Shown piece by piece: positions 30,673 to 40,449 of a DNA stretch of 64,000 nucleotides. The notes under the pieces were generated by a model, which worked only from the letters and a program-made list of their open reading frames with translations, did not search any database and was not told the DNA's origin. A program made the translations under genes and the position numbers. Every line of letters begins with the position of its first letter. Position 1 is the stretch's first letter. This DNA comes from an uncultured Chloroflexia bacterium (GTDB taxonomy: Bacteria > Chloroflexota > Limnocylindria > Limnocylindrales > CSP1-4), in assembly GCA_963813535.1 (NCBI GenBank), contig CAWEZH010000003.1, positions 704,001-768,000 of the forward strand, in the 5' to 3' direction.

Positions 30673-31290
30673 CTACTCGGTCAATCCGGCGACGACTCGC
30701 TCGCCGAAACCCCCGTCCCCGGCGCCCTGCATCGAGACGATGACGTCGCTGTCGGGGAGGTGGACGTGGTACGTGCGGACGCCGCCGGCACACGTCCCGA
30801 CGTATGTCCGGCGTCCACCGATGTCGACCTCGGCCCGGCCGTCGACCCCGCCGGCCTGCTCGCACACGGCGGTGTCGAAGGTGTCGCGCCAACCTCGGTA
30901 GAACAGGTCGCCGAACTGCCCGGGTTTCAGCCGAGCCACGGTGACGACGACATAGTCGGTGTTCGCATCCGTGGCGAGCGGAGCGAAGGCGGCCGCGATG
31001 GCGATGGCGGAGACGAACGGCGCGATCGACGGCTCGGCGGCGATCTCGGCAGCCGTGGCCGCATCGGGCTGCAGCGGGACACCGGCAACGTCGCGCGGCA
31101 GCAACTCGAGGAGTGACGGGTCGACGACGACCGCCGCGCCGGGTGACGCCGGGGACGAGCTCGCGTCCCCCGTGGGCGCGGTGGTGGGCGACGGCGTCAC
31201 AGTCGGCGGGGGCGGGGAGGGACGTGGCGGGATGCACGCGGCCAGACTCATGAGGACGACGAGAAGGATCGTGAGACGCCGACCCGTCAC
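30673..31290 (-). CDS. Lipoprotein, hypothetical
   Basis: Lipobox LAAC, Pro/Ser linker; GTGA overlap with upstream gene. Confidence 0.7.
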   Translation of the reverse strand: MTGRRLTILLVVLMSLAACIPPRPSPPPPTVTPSPTTAPTGDASSSPASPGAAVVVDPSLLELLPRDVAGVPLQPDAATAAEIAAEPSIAPFVSAIAIAAAFAPLATDANTDYVVVTVARLKPGQFGDLFYRGWRDTFDTAVCEQAGGVDGRAEVDIGGRRTYVGTCAGGVRTYHVHLPDSDVIVSMQGAGDGGFGERVVAGLTE

Positions 31291-32075
31291 GCGAGCTCGC
31301 GACGCATGACCGGGAAGCGCTCGTCGGGGGCCGCGACCCGAAACCCGACCGACTCCCAGAAACCCGGGGTCGCTGCGCTCGTCGCGTCCGGTCGCGCGCC
31401 GAGCGCAGGGTAGGTCTCGACGGCGGCGAACCCACGCCGGCCGAGGTCCTCGCACACGTCTTCGACCATCGACCGGGCAAGCCCCCGGTCCCGCGCTGCG
31501 GACGTCGAGGCGATGCAGGTGATGACGGCGGGCAGCGGCGCCTCGGGCAGGGCCGGGTACAGGTCGCGCGTGCGCTGGGCTCGCGGATACGCCGTCAGCG
31601 GGCCGAACTGGCAGTACACCGCCGGCACGTCATCGAGCAGGAGCACCTTCGCGTAGCTCCCCGACACTGCCAGCCCCCGCGCGAGGAGGCGGAGCTTCGG
31701 CGGGGCCCCAGCGGCGACGGTCGGCTGCGGAGCACGCTCCGGCGCGAATGGGTTGTCGTCCGCTTCGTCATCACCGCTCAGGAACGGATTGATCGATCCA
31801 CCGCCGGCGCCGGGCGGAGCGAACGGGTTCGAGGATCGCTCCTCGAGATCGGCGAGGAACGGGTTGGCCGCCTTGGGCCGCGGTGGCGGGTCGGACTCGG
31901 TGGCGGGAGGCTCCAGCCAGGCGAGTCGGATCGCCTTCGACCCGCGGTCGGCGTCCTCCCAGTAGTCGCACGAGCGATGGTCGAAGGTCGGATCGGCGCA
32001 TGGGGGGATGAGGGTGAACGTCTCCTCATCGACGACGTCGACGATCGTGACCGAGCGGGGATCAGGGGTCTCCAT
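31287..32075 (-). CDS. GNAT-fold protein with NPF-repeat insertion
   Basis: YCQFGP, VITCI, RDRGLA acetyl-CoA motif, VETYP, FWESVGF. Confidence 0.7.
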   Translation of the reverse strand: METPDPRSVTIVDVVDEETFTLIPPCADPTFDHRSCDYWEDADRGSKAIRLAWLEPPATESDPPPRPKAANPFLADLEERSSNPFAPPGAGGGSINPFLSGDDEADDNPFAPERAPQPTVAAGAPPKLRLLARGLAVSGSYAKVLLLDDVPAVYCQFGPLTAYPRAQRTRDLYPALPEAPLPAVITCIASTSAARDRGLARSMVEDVCEDLGRRGFAAVETYPALGARPDATSAATPGFWESVGFRVAAPDERFPVMRRELA

Positions 32076-32182
32076 GGCCGTTCGAAAGTCTACGGTGCGT
32101 GGACGCCACGAACCGGCGAATCGGCGTTGTAGAGTCCGCGCATGGCAGTGCTCGGGGTGCTGCCCATCGGGGGACCCACCAC

Positions 32183-32665
32183 ATGCTCGAACGAGTCGAG
32201 GGCGACGCATATGTCGTCCTGGGCATCGCGCGCGACGCCGACGACAAGGCCATCGCGATGGCGCATCGTCGTCTTGCGCGCCGCCACCACCCGGACGTGG
32301 CCGGCGAGGAGGCGAACACCCGGATGATGCGGATCAATGCCGCATACGACGCGATCCGGACACCCCAACGCCGCGCCGAGTACGACCGCGCCCGACGCCA
32401 CGCCGCGTTCCGTGACGGCACCGGCGGCGCCGGTCGACCGCCCGGGCGTCCATCTGGCAGCGTCCTCGATTTCGGCCGCCACGTCGGCTGGTCGATCGGC
32501 GAGATCGCCCGCGTCGACCCTGGCTACCTCCAGTGGCTGGCGGATCGCGCCGAGGGGCAGCCCTATCGCAAGGAGATCGATCCGATCCTGGATCGCATGG
32601 GACTGAAGACGACCAAGGCGGATCCGACCCTCCCGCCCTGGCGCCGCGGCCTTGCCTTTCGCTGA
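32183..32665 (+). CDS. J-domain protein with C-terminal FGRHxG...PGYLxW module
   Basis: AYVVLG, LARRHHPD, INAAY; LDFGRHVGWSIGEIARVDPGYLQWL. Confidence 0.8.
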   Translation: MLERVEGDAYVVLGIARDADDKAIAMAHRRLARRHHPDVAGEEANTRMMRINAAYDAIRTPQRRAEYDRARRHAAFRDGTGGAGRPPGRPSGSVLDFGRHVGWSIGEIARVDPGYLQWLADRAEGQPYRKEIDPILDRMGLKTTKADPTLPPWRRGLAFR

Positions 32666-32718
32666 GCCCCGGTCGATCCGCCACTGACCCGCGGCCGTTC
32701 GCCGCTCGGGACGCTCGA

Positions 32719-34308
32719 TCAGTCGCCGGGTCTGGCGAGGTCGGCCAACGCACCGTCCCGGACGAGCTCCAGGGCGGCTGCCAGATCGGGACCCGGTTCA
32801 CGATCGCGATCGAGGTGCGCGATCCGTTCGCGGATGCGCCCGCGCGCCTCGGCGACACCCGCCCCGGGCTGAGGCGACGATCCGTCCTCCGCGCCTACGG
32901 CGTCGAGCCGCAGGTCAAGGGCCTGGGCGCCCACCACGAGCTCGATCGCGATGATGCGCTCGACGCCAGCGAGCACGGCGCGTGCGTGGCGCGCCGAGAT
33001 CGAGCCCATCGAGACGTGGTCCTCCTGGTTCGCCGACGTCGGGATGGAGTCGGCGGACGCGGGATGCGCAAGGACCTTGTGCTCGGAGACCAGGGCCGCC
33101 GCGGTGTACTGGTAGATCATCATCCCCGACTCGATGCCGGACGAGGTCGTCAGGAACGGCGGTAGCCCCCCGTTGAGCCGCGCATCGACGAGGAGCGCCG
33201 TCCGGCGCTCGCTGATCGAACCGAGCTCGGCGACCGCGAGCTTGGCGTAATCGAGGACCAGCGCGAGTGGCTCGCCGTGGAAGTTGCCGCCGCTGATGAC
33301 GCGTCCGCCGCCCGTCGCGAGCACGTCACCCTCGGCCACGCCGCCGCCCGGGAAGACGAGCGGGTTGTCCGTCGCCGAGTTCAGTTCGATGTCGAGGACG
33401 CGCCTGAGCTGATCGAGCGCGTCGCGCACCGCACCATGCACCTGCGGGACGCAACGCAGCGAGTACGGGTCCTGGACCTTGTGGGCCGACCCGTGATGCG
33501 CTCGTTGCAGGCCGCTGTCGCGCAGCAGGTGGCGCAGCTCGGCCGCCACGGCGATCTGGCCGGGATGCGGCCGTGCCAGCTGGTACGCCGCAGCGAAGGC
33601 GACATCCGTGCCCAACAGGGCCTCGACCGACTGCGCGGCCGCGACGCTGGCGGTGCGGACCAGGCGATCGGCATCCGCCAGGAACAGCGCGGCGAGGGCG
33701 CTCATCATCTGCGTGCCGTTGAGCAGGGCAAGCCCTTCCTTCGCTTCGAGCTGGAGCGGCTCGAGGCCCGCGGCGGCGAGGGCGTCGGCGGCGGGCGCGA
33801 CCTGCCCGTCGATCTCGACGTCGCCCTTGCCGATCAACGGCAGCGCGAGGTGTGCGAGCGGCGCAAGGTCGCCCGACGCGCCCAGGCTGCCTTGCTCCGG
33901 CACGACCGGGTGGATACCGCGATCGAGGAAGGCCAGGAGGCGATCGACGAGGAGCGGCCGGCAGCCACTGTGACCGAGCGCAAGCGTGTTGGCCCGCAGC
34001 AGCAGCATGGCCCGGACGACCTCGCGCGGGAGCGCCGTGCCGACACCGGTCGCGTGGCTCATCAGGAGGTTCGCCTGGAGGCGTCCGGCCTGATCGGCCG
34101 GGATGGACGTCGTCGCGAGGTCGCCGAAACCCGTCGTCACGCCATAGACCACGGCGCCGGCGTCGACCAGCTCCTCGATGACATCGCGCGCGTCCTGCAT
34201 CCGGCGGCGGGCCATGTCGTCGAGTCGGGCGCCCACCCCCAGCCGCGCGACGGCCTCGACATCCGCGATCGAAAGATCCGCGCCCGTCAGGACGATGGGG
34301 TCGGTCAC
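32719..34308 (-). CDS. hutH: Histidine ammonia-lyase
   Basis: YGVTTGFG, GSLGASGDLAPL (MIO triad), QDPYSLRC, GGNFHG, NQEDHVSM. Confidence 0.96.
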   Translation of the reverse strand: MTDPIVLTGADLSIADVEAVARLGVGARLDDMARRRMQDARDVIEELVDAGAVVYGVTTGFGDLATTSIPADQAGRLQANLLMSHATGVGTALPREVVRAMLLLRANTLALGHSGCRPLLVDRLLAFLDRGIHPVVPEQGSLGASGDLAPLAHLALPLIGKGDVEIDGQVAPAADALAAAGLEPLQLEAKEGLALLNGTQMMSALAALFLADADRLVRTASVAAAQSVEALLGTDVAFAAAYQLARPHPGQIAVAAELRHLLRDSGLQRAHHGSAHKVQDPYSLRCVPQVHGAVRDALDQLRRVLDIELNSATDNPLVFPGGGVAEGDVLATGGGRVISGGNFHGEPLALVLDYAKLAVAELGSISERRTALLVDARLNGGLPPFLTTSSGIESGMMIYQYTAAALVSEHKVLAHPASADSIPTSANQEDHVSMGSISARHARAVLAGVERIIAIELVVGAQALDLRLDAVGAEDGSSPQPGAGVAEARGRIRERIAHLDRDREPGPDLAAALELVRDGALADLARPGD

Positions 34309-34328
34309 GACGCCGAGGATAGTCGGCT

Positions 34329-35003
34329 ATGCTCCCCGCCGTGTTCGACTTCCTGAACGGGCCGGTACGGGACCTGGTCACCCAGATCTACGACGCGGTG
34401 GGGTATGTCGGGGTCGCGCTGTGGGTGGCCATCGAGAGCGTGATCATCCCCATCCCGTCCGAGCTGGTGCTCCCGTTCGCCGGGTTCCTCGTCGGGACGG
34501 GCGACGCCATCGAGCCGCTCACCGGGCAGCCGTGGTCGTTCTGGCTGGTCGTGCTCGCTGGCACGCTCGGGGCGACGGTCGGCGCCCTCATCGCGTACGC
34601 GATCGGCGCGTGGGGCGGTCGGCCGTTGATCGAGCGCTGGGGCCGCTATGTCGGCATCAAGGCGGCCGACCTCGACCGCGCCGAGACGTTCTTCGCCCGC
34701 TATGGCGAGGCCGCCAGCTTCTTCGGCCGGATGGTGCCCGTCATCCGCTCGCTGGTCTCGTTCGCGGCGGGTGTCGCCCGGATGCCGCTCGGGCGCTTCG
34801 TCATCTTCTCGTTCCTCGGGTCGCTGCCGTTCACGGCGGTCCTCGTGTTCGCGGGCGTGCAACTCGGGTCGAACTGGGAGTCGGTGGGAGCCGTCCTCAA
34901 GCGCTTCGAGTACGCGATCGTGGCGGTGCTCGTGCTCGTCGTGCTGGCCTGGATCTGGTTCCGGATCATCAAGCCGCGCAGGTCCGCCCGCGCCAACGCC
35001 TGA
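34329..35003 (+). CDS. DedA family membrane protein
   Basis: ESVIIPIPSELVLPFAG, FFGRMVPVIR. Confidence 0.9.
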   Translation: MLPAVFDFLNGPVRDLVTQIYDAVGYVGVALWVAIESVIIPIPSELVLPFAGFLVGTGDAIEPLTGQPWSFWLVVLAGTLGATVGALIAYAIGAWGGRPLIERWGRYVGIKAADLDRAETFFARYGEAASFFGRMVPVIRSLVSFAAGVARMPLGRFVIFSFLGSLPFTAVLVFAGVQLGSNWESVGAVLKRFEYAIVAVLVLVVLAWIWFRIIKPRRSARANA

Positions 35004-35007
35004 CGCA

Positions 35008-36282
35008 TCAGCGGTCCCCCGCGACGGCCACCTCCTCCGGCGGCCGGACGGACTTGAAGTCGCGGTAGATCAGCAGGTCGTAGACGATCTTGAGGCTCCC
35101 CGCCAGGAAGAACGGGAGGGCCACGGTGCCGGCGCTGGCCATCAGCACGCTCGAGAAGGAGGGCGAGACCGCCGCGCCGACCGTCCGGGCGATCCCGGTC
35201 ACGCCGGCCGCCGCGGAGCGCTCATCGGGGTCGACCACCGCCATCACGTAGGACTGCCGCGTCGGCACGTCCATCTGGCTGAGGCTGAACCGCAAGAGCA
35301 GGACCGCGACAGCGAGGGGCAACGTCGGCATGAGCGGGACGAGGATCAGCAGCACGTTCGATGGCAGGTGGGTGAACACCATCGTCTCGATGAGGCCGAT
35401 GCGCGCTGCGATCCGTGCTGCGGACAGCGACGACACGGCGGCGAGGAGATTGGCGGCGAAGAAGATCAGCCCCAGGGTGCCCGGGCTCACGCCGAACTGG
35501 ACCGTGAACCAGAACGCCATCAGGCTCTGTGGGATGAAGCCCCCCGCGAAGGCGTCGAGTGAGAACAGGGCCGACAGGCGAAGGACCACCGAGCGCGATC
35601 GTCCCAGCCCCAGTCGACGGGCGATGCCGTCATCGGCCGCTGCCGATGGCGTTGGGACCTCGATGCCGGAGCCGAGGCGCCACGCGAGGACCGCCATGAC
35701 TACGCCGATCAGGGCATAGCCGACGACCACCGCCCGGTACGCGTCGACGGCCTGCCATCCCGCACCGATCAGCGCCTGGCCGAGCAGTCCGGCGGCCAGC
35801 GCGCCGGTCGCGGTCGCCACGTAGCCGACGACGTTGTACCAGGCGAACGTGGCGGTCCTGCGCCGGTCCGGCACGATCTGCGTCAACGAGGACTGCTCGA
35901 CCGCGAGGAACGGCCCGACCTCGTTGCCGGTCGGCGAGATGACGCCGACGATGCCGGCCAGGATCAGCAGCGGCAGCCAGTCGGTGAGCGCGAACACGAT
36001 GCCCGCGATGACCACCAGCAGGCTGCTGACGATCAGGACGCGACGCCGGCCGAGACGGTCCGCATGGGTCGTGAGCCACAGCGACACGAGCGTGTCACCG
36101 ATGAGGGTCAGCGTCAGGACGGCACCGATGGCCAGCGGGTCGAGGCCGCTCGCATCGAGGTACAGGACGAGGACGACCGCGAGGAACCCGTACCCGAACA
36201 TCCGAACGGTCCGCAGGGCGAACAGTGCGCGACCATCGGGACCGAGGCCGCGCAGGCTCGAGACGAGGGACGCGTCGGTCAT
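35008..36282 (-). CDS. MFS transporter
   Basis: ADRLGRRR motif A; about 12 TMs; DVPTRQSY. Confidence 0.9.
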   Translation of the reverse strand: MTDASLVSSLRGLGPDGRALFALRTVRMFGYGFLAVVLVLYLDASGLDPLAIGAVLTLTLIGDTLVSLWLTTHADRLGRRRVLIVSSLLVVIAGIVFALTDWLPLLILAGIVGVISPTGNEVGPFLAVEQSSLTQIVPDRRRTATFAWYNVVGYVATATGALAAGLLGQALIGAGWQAVDAYRAVVVGYALIGVVMAVLAWRLGSGIEVPTPSAAADDGIARRLGLGRSRSVVLRLSALFSLDAFAGGFIPQSLMAFWFTVQFGVSPGTLGLIFFAANLLAAVSSLSAARIAARIGLIETMVFTHLPSNVLLILVPLMPTLPLAVAVLLLRFSLSQMDVPTRQSYVMAVVDPDERSAAAGVTGIARTVGAAVSPSFSSVLMASAGTVALPFFLAGSLKIVYDLLIYRDFKSVRPPEEVAVAGDR

Positions 36283-36337
36283 ATCGGCGTCGAGTCTAGG
36301 AGTCGTCGCCACGTCAGGCTCTGCCACAATGGCCGCG

Positions 36338-36562
36338 ATGACCACATCGCCACACGACAGCGACCGACCGGGTCACGAAGGCGCTGTCGCCCATCACGCA
36401 GCGGACGACCACGGCGAGGACCACGGTCACGACGACCACGCCCACGACGAGGCCATGCCCCTCGGCCCGGTCGACGTCGTGGCCTGGGGCGTGGGTGCGA
36501 TCGGGGTCGTCCTCGGGCTCGCGGTGGCCGCAGCCTTCGCGCTCTCGGTCGGGGCGATCTAG
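36338..36562 (+). CDS. Small His/Asp-rich single-TM protein
   Basis: MTTSPHDSDRPGHEGAVAHHAADDHGEDHGHDDHAHDEA then GPVD..W and one TM; CACAAT just upstream. Confidence 0.7.
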   Translation: MTTSPHDSDRPGHEGAVAHHAADDHGEDHGHDDHAHDEAMPLGPVDVVAWGVGAIGVVLGLAVAAAFALSVGAI

Positions 36563-36628
36563 ACCGGCGATCGAGACCCGCTGACGTCGGCCGGTCAGGG
36601 CGCGAGGGCGCCCGCGAGGGACCTCGAG

Positions 36629-38335
36629 CTAGAACAGCCCGACGACGTTGCCCTCAGCATCGATGTCGATCTTCTCGCCGCCCGGCTTCGACGGCAGTCC
36701 CGGCATGGTCCGCATCTCCCCGCAGAGCGGCGTGATGAACCCCGCGCCGGCCGAGAGGCGGATCTCGCGGATCGGCACGGTGAACCCCGAGGGTGCGCCC
36801 TTGAGCGCGGCATCGTGGCTGATCGAGTACTGGGTCTTGGCCATGCAGATCGGTAGATGGCCGAAGCCCATCGACTCGTAGAGCTTCAGGGACTTCTGTG
36901 CGGCGGGTGTCAGCTCGATGCCATTGCCGCCGTAGATCTCCTTGACGATCGTGAGGATCTTCTCGCCGAGCGGTGCCTCGTCCGGGTAGAGCAGCTTGAA
37001 CGAACGGGACGGATCCTCTGCCGCCGCCCAGACCGCCTCGGCGAGGTCCGTGGCGCCGGCGCCACCGTCCGTGAAATGGGTCGCGACGACCGCGTCACGA
37101 GCACCGGCGGCCAGGGCGACCTCGCGGATCGCCTCGACCTCGGCCGGGGTGTCGGTCGGGAACGCGTTGATCGCCACGACCGCCGGGATGCCGAACCGCC
37201 GGACGATCCCGATGTGCGCGGCGAGGTTCGACGCGCCGGTCCGGACCGCCTCGACGTTCTCCTCCAGCAGGGCCGGGTCCAGCGGCTTGCCCGCGACGAT
37301 CTTGCCGACGCCACCGTGCATCTTGAGCGCCCGGACCGTGGCGACGACCACGGCCGCGTCGGGGGCGAGCCCGGACGCGCGGCACTTGATATCGAAGAAC
37401 TTCTCGGCTCCCATGTCGGAGCCGAAGCCGGCTTCGGTGCAGACGATGTCGTTGGTCACCAATGCCACGCGGTCGGCGATGATCGAGTTGTTGCCGTGGG
37501 CGATGTTGCCGAACGGCCCGCAATGGACGAACGCCGGCCCGCCTTCCAGGGTCTGGAGCAGGTTCGGCTTGATCGCATCGCGGAGCAGCACGGTCATCGA
37601 GCCCGCCACGCCCAGGTCCTCGGCCGTGACCGGCGATCCATCGACCCGCGTCGCGAGGACCATTCGACCGAGCCGATCGCGCAGGTCGAACAGGTCGGTC
37701 GCGAGGGCAAGGACGGCCATGACCTCGGAGGCGACCGTGATGACGAACTCGGTCTCGCGGGGCACGCCGTCCTCGCGTCCGCCGAGCCCGATCACCGCGT
37801 GGCGAAGCGCACGGTCACTGATATCGAGGACGCGCGGCCACAGGATCCCGTGTGGATCGATCCCGAGCGGGTTCTTGTGATGGAGGCTGTTGTCGATGAA
37901 CGCCGCGGCGAGGTTGTGCGCGGCTCCGATCGCGTGGACGTCGCCGGTCAGGTGGAGGTTGAAGTCCTCCATCGGGATGACCTGGCTGTACCCACCACCC
38001 GCGGCCCCGCCCTTGATCCCGAACACCGGGCCGAGGGACGGCTGGCGGATGTTGACCGATGCCTTGCGGCCGATCCGGTTCAATCCCTGGGCGAGGCCTA
38101 CGGTCGTCGTCGACTTGCCCTCGCCGAGTGGCGTCGGGGTGATGGCGGTGACCACGACGTACTTGCCGCGGGGCCGCTCGGCTTCGAGGCGGGTGATGGC
38201 TTCGAGTCGGACCTTCGCCTTCGTCGGGCCGTAGAGCTCGAGCTCATCGTCGCGGATGCCGAGGTCGGCGGCGATGTCGACGATCGGTCGCGGGGTGACG
38301 GAACGCGCGATCTCGAGGTCTGACGGAAAGCTCAT
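36629..38335 (-). CDS. fhs: Formate--tetrahydrofolate ligase
   Basis: TPTPLGEGKSTT, GIKGGAAGGGYSQ, GPFGNIAHG, EAGFGSDMGAEKF, MPGLP. Confidence 0.97.
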   Translation of the reverse strand: MSFPSDLEIARSVTPRPIVDIAADLGIRDDELELYGPTKAKVRLEAITRLEAERPRGKYVVVTAITPTPLGEGKSTTTVGLAQGLNRIGRKASVNIRQPSLGPVFGIKGGAAGGGYSQVIPMEDFNLHLTGDVHAIGAAHNLAAAFIDNSLHHKNPLGIDPHGILWPRVLDISDRALRHAVIGLGGREDGVPRETEFVITVASEVMAVLALATDLFDLRDRLGRMVLATRVDGSPVTAEDLGVAGSMTVLLRDAIKPNLLQTLEGGPAFVHCGPFGNIAHGNNSIIADRVALVTNDIVCTEAGFGSDMGAEKFFDIKCRASGLAPDAAVVVATVRALKMHGGVGKIVAGKPLDPALLEENVEAVRTGASNLAAHIGIVRRFGIPAVVAINAFPTDTPAEVEAIREVALAAGARDAVVATHFTDGGAGATDLAEAVWAAAEDPSRSFKLLYPDEAPLGEKILTIVKEIYGGNGIELTPAAQKSLKLYESMGFGHLPICMAKTQYSISHDAALKGAPSGFTVPIREIRLSAGAGFITPLCGEMRTMPGLPSKPGGEKIDIDAEGNVVGLF

Positions 38336-38351
38336 CGAGTCTCCTGGTCGA

Positions 38352-39228
38352 TCACCGCGCGGCGACCTGGCGCTCGGCCGCGCGGATGAGGTGGGTGAGC
38401 AACAGGGCGTTGGTCAATGGTCCGACGCCGCCGGGTACGGGGGTGATCGCGGAGGCCACCCGGCGCGCCGACTCGAACTCGACGTCGCCGCGGATGTGGC
38501 CATCGACGACGTTGATGCCGACATCGACGACGACGGCTCCCGGCTTGAGCATCGCGCCGGTCACCAGGCCCGGGTGCCCGGCGGCGACGACCACGATGTC
38601 GGCCCTACCGATGTGGCCGCGAAGGTCCCGTGTCCGCGAGTGGGACACCGTCACCGTGGCGTCCTCCTTGACGAGCAGGAACGCGGCAGGCATGCCCACC
38701 ACCGCCGAGCGGCCGATGACCAGCGCATCCTTGCCCGCGATCTCGATCCCCGATCGGCGCAGGATCTCGACGGCGGCATGCGCGGTGGCAGGCAGGAACC
38801 CGTCATATCCCAGCCGGAGCAGCCCGGCGTTCAGCGGGTGGATGCCATCGATGTCCTTGGCCGGGTCGATCGCATCGATGACCGACCTGAGGCGGATCGT
38901 GCGCGGCAGCGGCATCTGCACGATGACGCCGTCGACGGTCGGGTCGCTGTTGAGGGTCCTGATCGCCTCGACCACGGACGATTCCGTCGCCTCGCCCTCG
39001 AGCTCGGCGAAGCGGGCGTCGATGCCGACCTTGGCGCAGCCACGCAGGATCTGTTCCAGGTAGACGGTCGAGGGCGCATCGCGCCCGATGATCACGACGG
39101 CCAGGCCCGGCGGGCGTCCCTGGGCCGCGGTGAAGGTCTGCGACATCCTCCGCGACGGCCGCGCGGATCTCGGCGGCGATCGGCCCGCCTTCGAGGAGCC
39201 GGGCCGTGCCGGTCGAAGCGTCGATCAC
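38352..39228 (-). CDS. folD: Methylene-THF dehydrogenase/cyclohydrolase, frameshift near 39140 (probable sequencing error)
   Basis: ARLLEGGPIAAEI in one frame; QMPLP, KDIDG, GRSAVVG, DVGIN, TPVPGGVGP in the next. Confidence 0.92.
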
Positions 39229-39905
39229 GCCGGCTCGGTCGGCGCGACGGGATCGCGTCGGTCGCCCGAGGCAACGACCTTGTGCGCCTCTGCCGCGAGG
39301 TCCTCGATCGCTGCGAGGAGCTCGGAGACACGGGCCATGGTCTCGCCTTCGAACGAGGGGTCGCCCGTCGACGGGAGATTGATCAGGACGTTCGCGGCGG
39401 CACCGCGGGCGGCCGCCTCGCCGAGCATCGCTGCGACGTCGACGTCGCTCGCCGCGTTCGGATTGCTCCTGCCGGCCAGCACCTCGGCGGCCCCGACCAG
39501 ATCGAGGCAGGCCTCGAGGCACTCCAGCGGGACCTCCGATGCGCGTCTGGCGGCGGTCCGCATCGCCGTCGATCGAGCTTCGATCTCGGCGTCGGTGTCG
39601 CGCGGCAGCTTCAGGGCAGCCGCGAAGCCGGCGTATGCGTGGGCGTCGTCGTCGGCGATCGTGAGGAACCGATCCGACAGGCGACGGCCGGTCTCGAGTG
39701 CCCACGCGAGCATCGGCTCATGGTCGACGTACTTGGGACGGCCCGTGGTGAGCGAGGCCACCATCGTCACGAGACTCGCCGCGAGGCCTGCGGCGACCGC
39801 CGAGGCACTGCCGCCGCCTGGCACCGGTTCGGACGACGCGAGCCGGGACGCGAACTCGTCGATCGTGACGTCGCGGAATCGGCCTTCGGGTCCACTGGGG
39901 TGCAC
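39225..39905 (-). CDS. fchA: Formimino-THF cyclodeaminase / cyclohydrolase family (FTCD_C)
   Basis: LASSEPVPGGGSASA, DAHAY, SDV, NVLINL. Confidence 0.88.
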   Translation of the reverse strand: MHPSGPEGRFRDVTIDEFASRLASSEPVPGGGSASAVAAGLAASLVTMVASLTTGRPKYVDHEPMLAWALETGRRLSDRFLTIADDDAHAYAGFAAALKLPRDTDAEIEARSTAMRTAARRASEVPLECLEACLDLVGAAEVLAGRSNPNAASDVDVAAMLGEAAARGAAANVLINLPSTGDPSFEGETMARVSELLAAIEDLAAEAHKVVASGDRRDPVAPTEPA

Positions 39906-40073
39906 CGCGCGATTGTAGGTTGCCGCCCGCACCGTTCGTACGCGCGAGTGCGCGCGCCGGTCCGCTCGGTGTCGAGACGCGTCGAAGGGGCGGGTGCGGT
40001 ACCGGCGCACCCGCCCCCACTCGACAATTCGCCAGCGGCGTCAGGGAGGGACGACCCCGCTGGCCTTCGGTGG

Positions 40074-40343
40074 TCAGGCCGCGGTGCGCGCCTCGTCGAG
40101 CGCGGTCACGGTCCAGCGCTTGGATCGATGCTGATAGGACAACGCGAGTCGTGCCCGCGGTGTCTGGACCTCGAACAATGTGCGAGGGCCGGTGATGACC
40201 GGATAGGCCGCCGCCTCCTCGCGGATGACGGCGAGATCGGTGATCGGTAGTCGTTCGGCGCCCCAGGTGATCTCCCTGGGCCGTCCGCTGAACCAGTCGG
40301 TCCGGACGTGGACTGCGACCGGCGCGACACGGGTGAATGCCAT
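40074..40343 (-). CDS. Small SOS-regulated protein (DUF6504-like)
   Basis: AAGGAGG SD; PREITW...TLFEV...LALSY...W pattern; own LexA-boxed promoter. Confidence 0.7.
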   Translation of the reverse strand: MAFTRVAPVAVHVRTDWFSGRPREITWGAERLPITDLAVIREEAAAYPVITGPRTLFEVQTPRARLALSYQHRSKRWTVTALDEARTAA

Positions 40344-40398
40344 GTCAGCCTCCTTCAGGGGGCGATACGGACCCGTCGTCCGGAGCACTCGGCCGACA

Positions 40399-40449
40399 GA
40401 ACATCTGTTCGATGTGGTGACACTAGACCGAACACTTGTTCGATGTCAA
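40399..40449 (-). promoter_or_regulatory. Promoter with two LexA (SOS) boxes
   Basis: GAACATCTGTTC (40399-40410) and GAACACTTGTTC (40430-40441); minus strand TTGACA (40444-40449), 18 nt, TAGTGT. Confidence 0.88.

Noticed and set aside
39130-39150. Truncated folD N-terminus
   Set aside because: The missing N-terminus is present in the adjacent frame; single-base indel, likely error
38256-40250. Long antisense and alternate-frame ORFs (e.g. 38256..40250, 408..2162, 55102..56946)
   Set aside because: Shadow ORFs typical of high-GC DNA, overlapping well-supported genes and lacking family motifs
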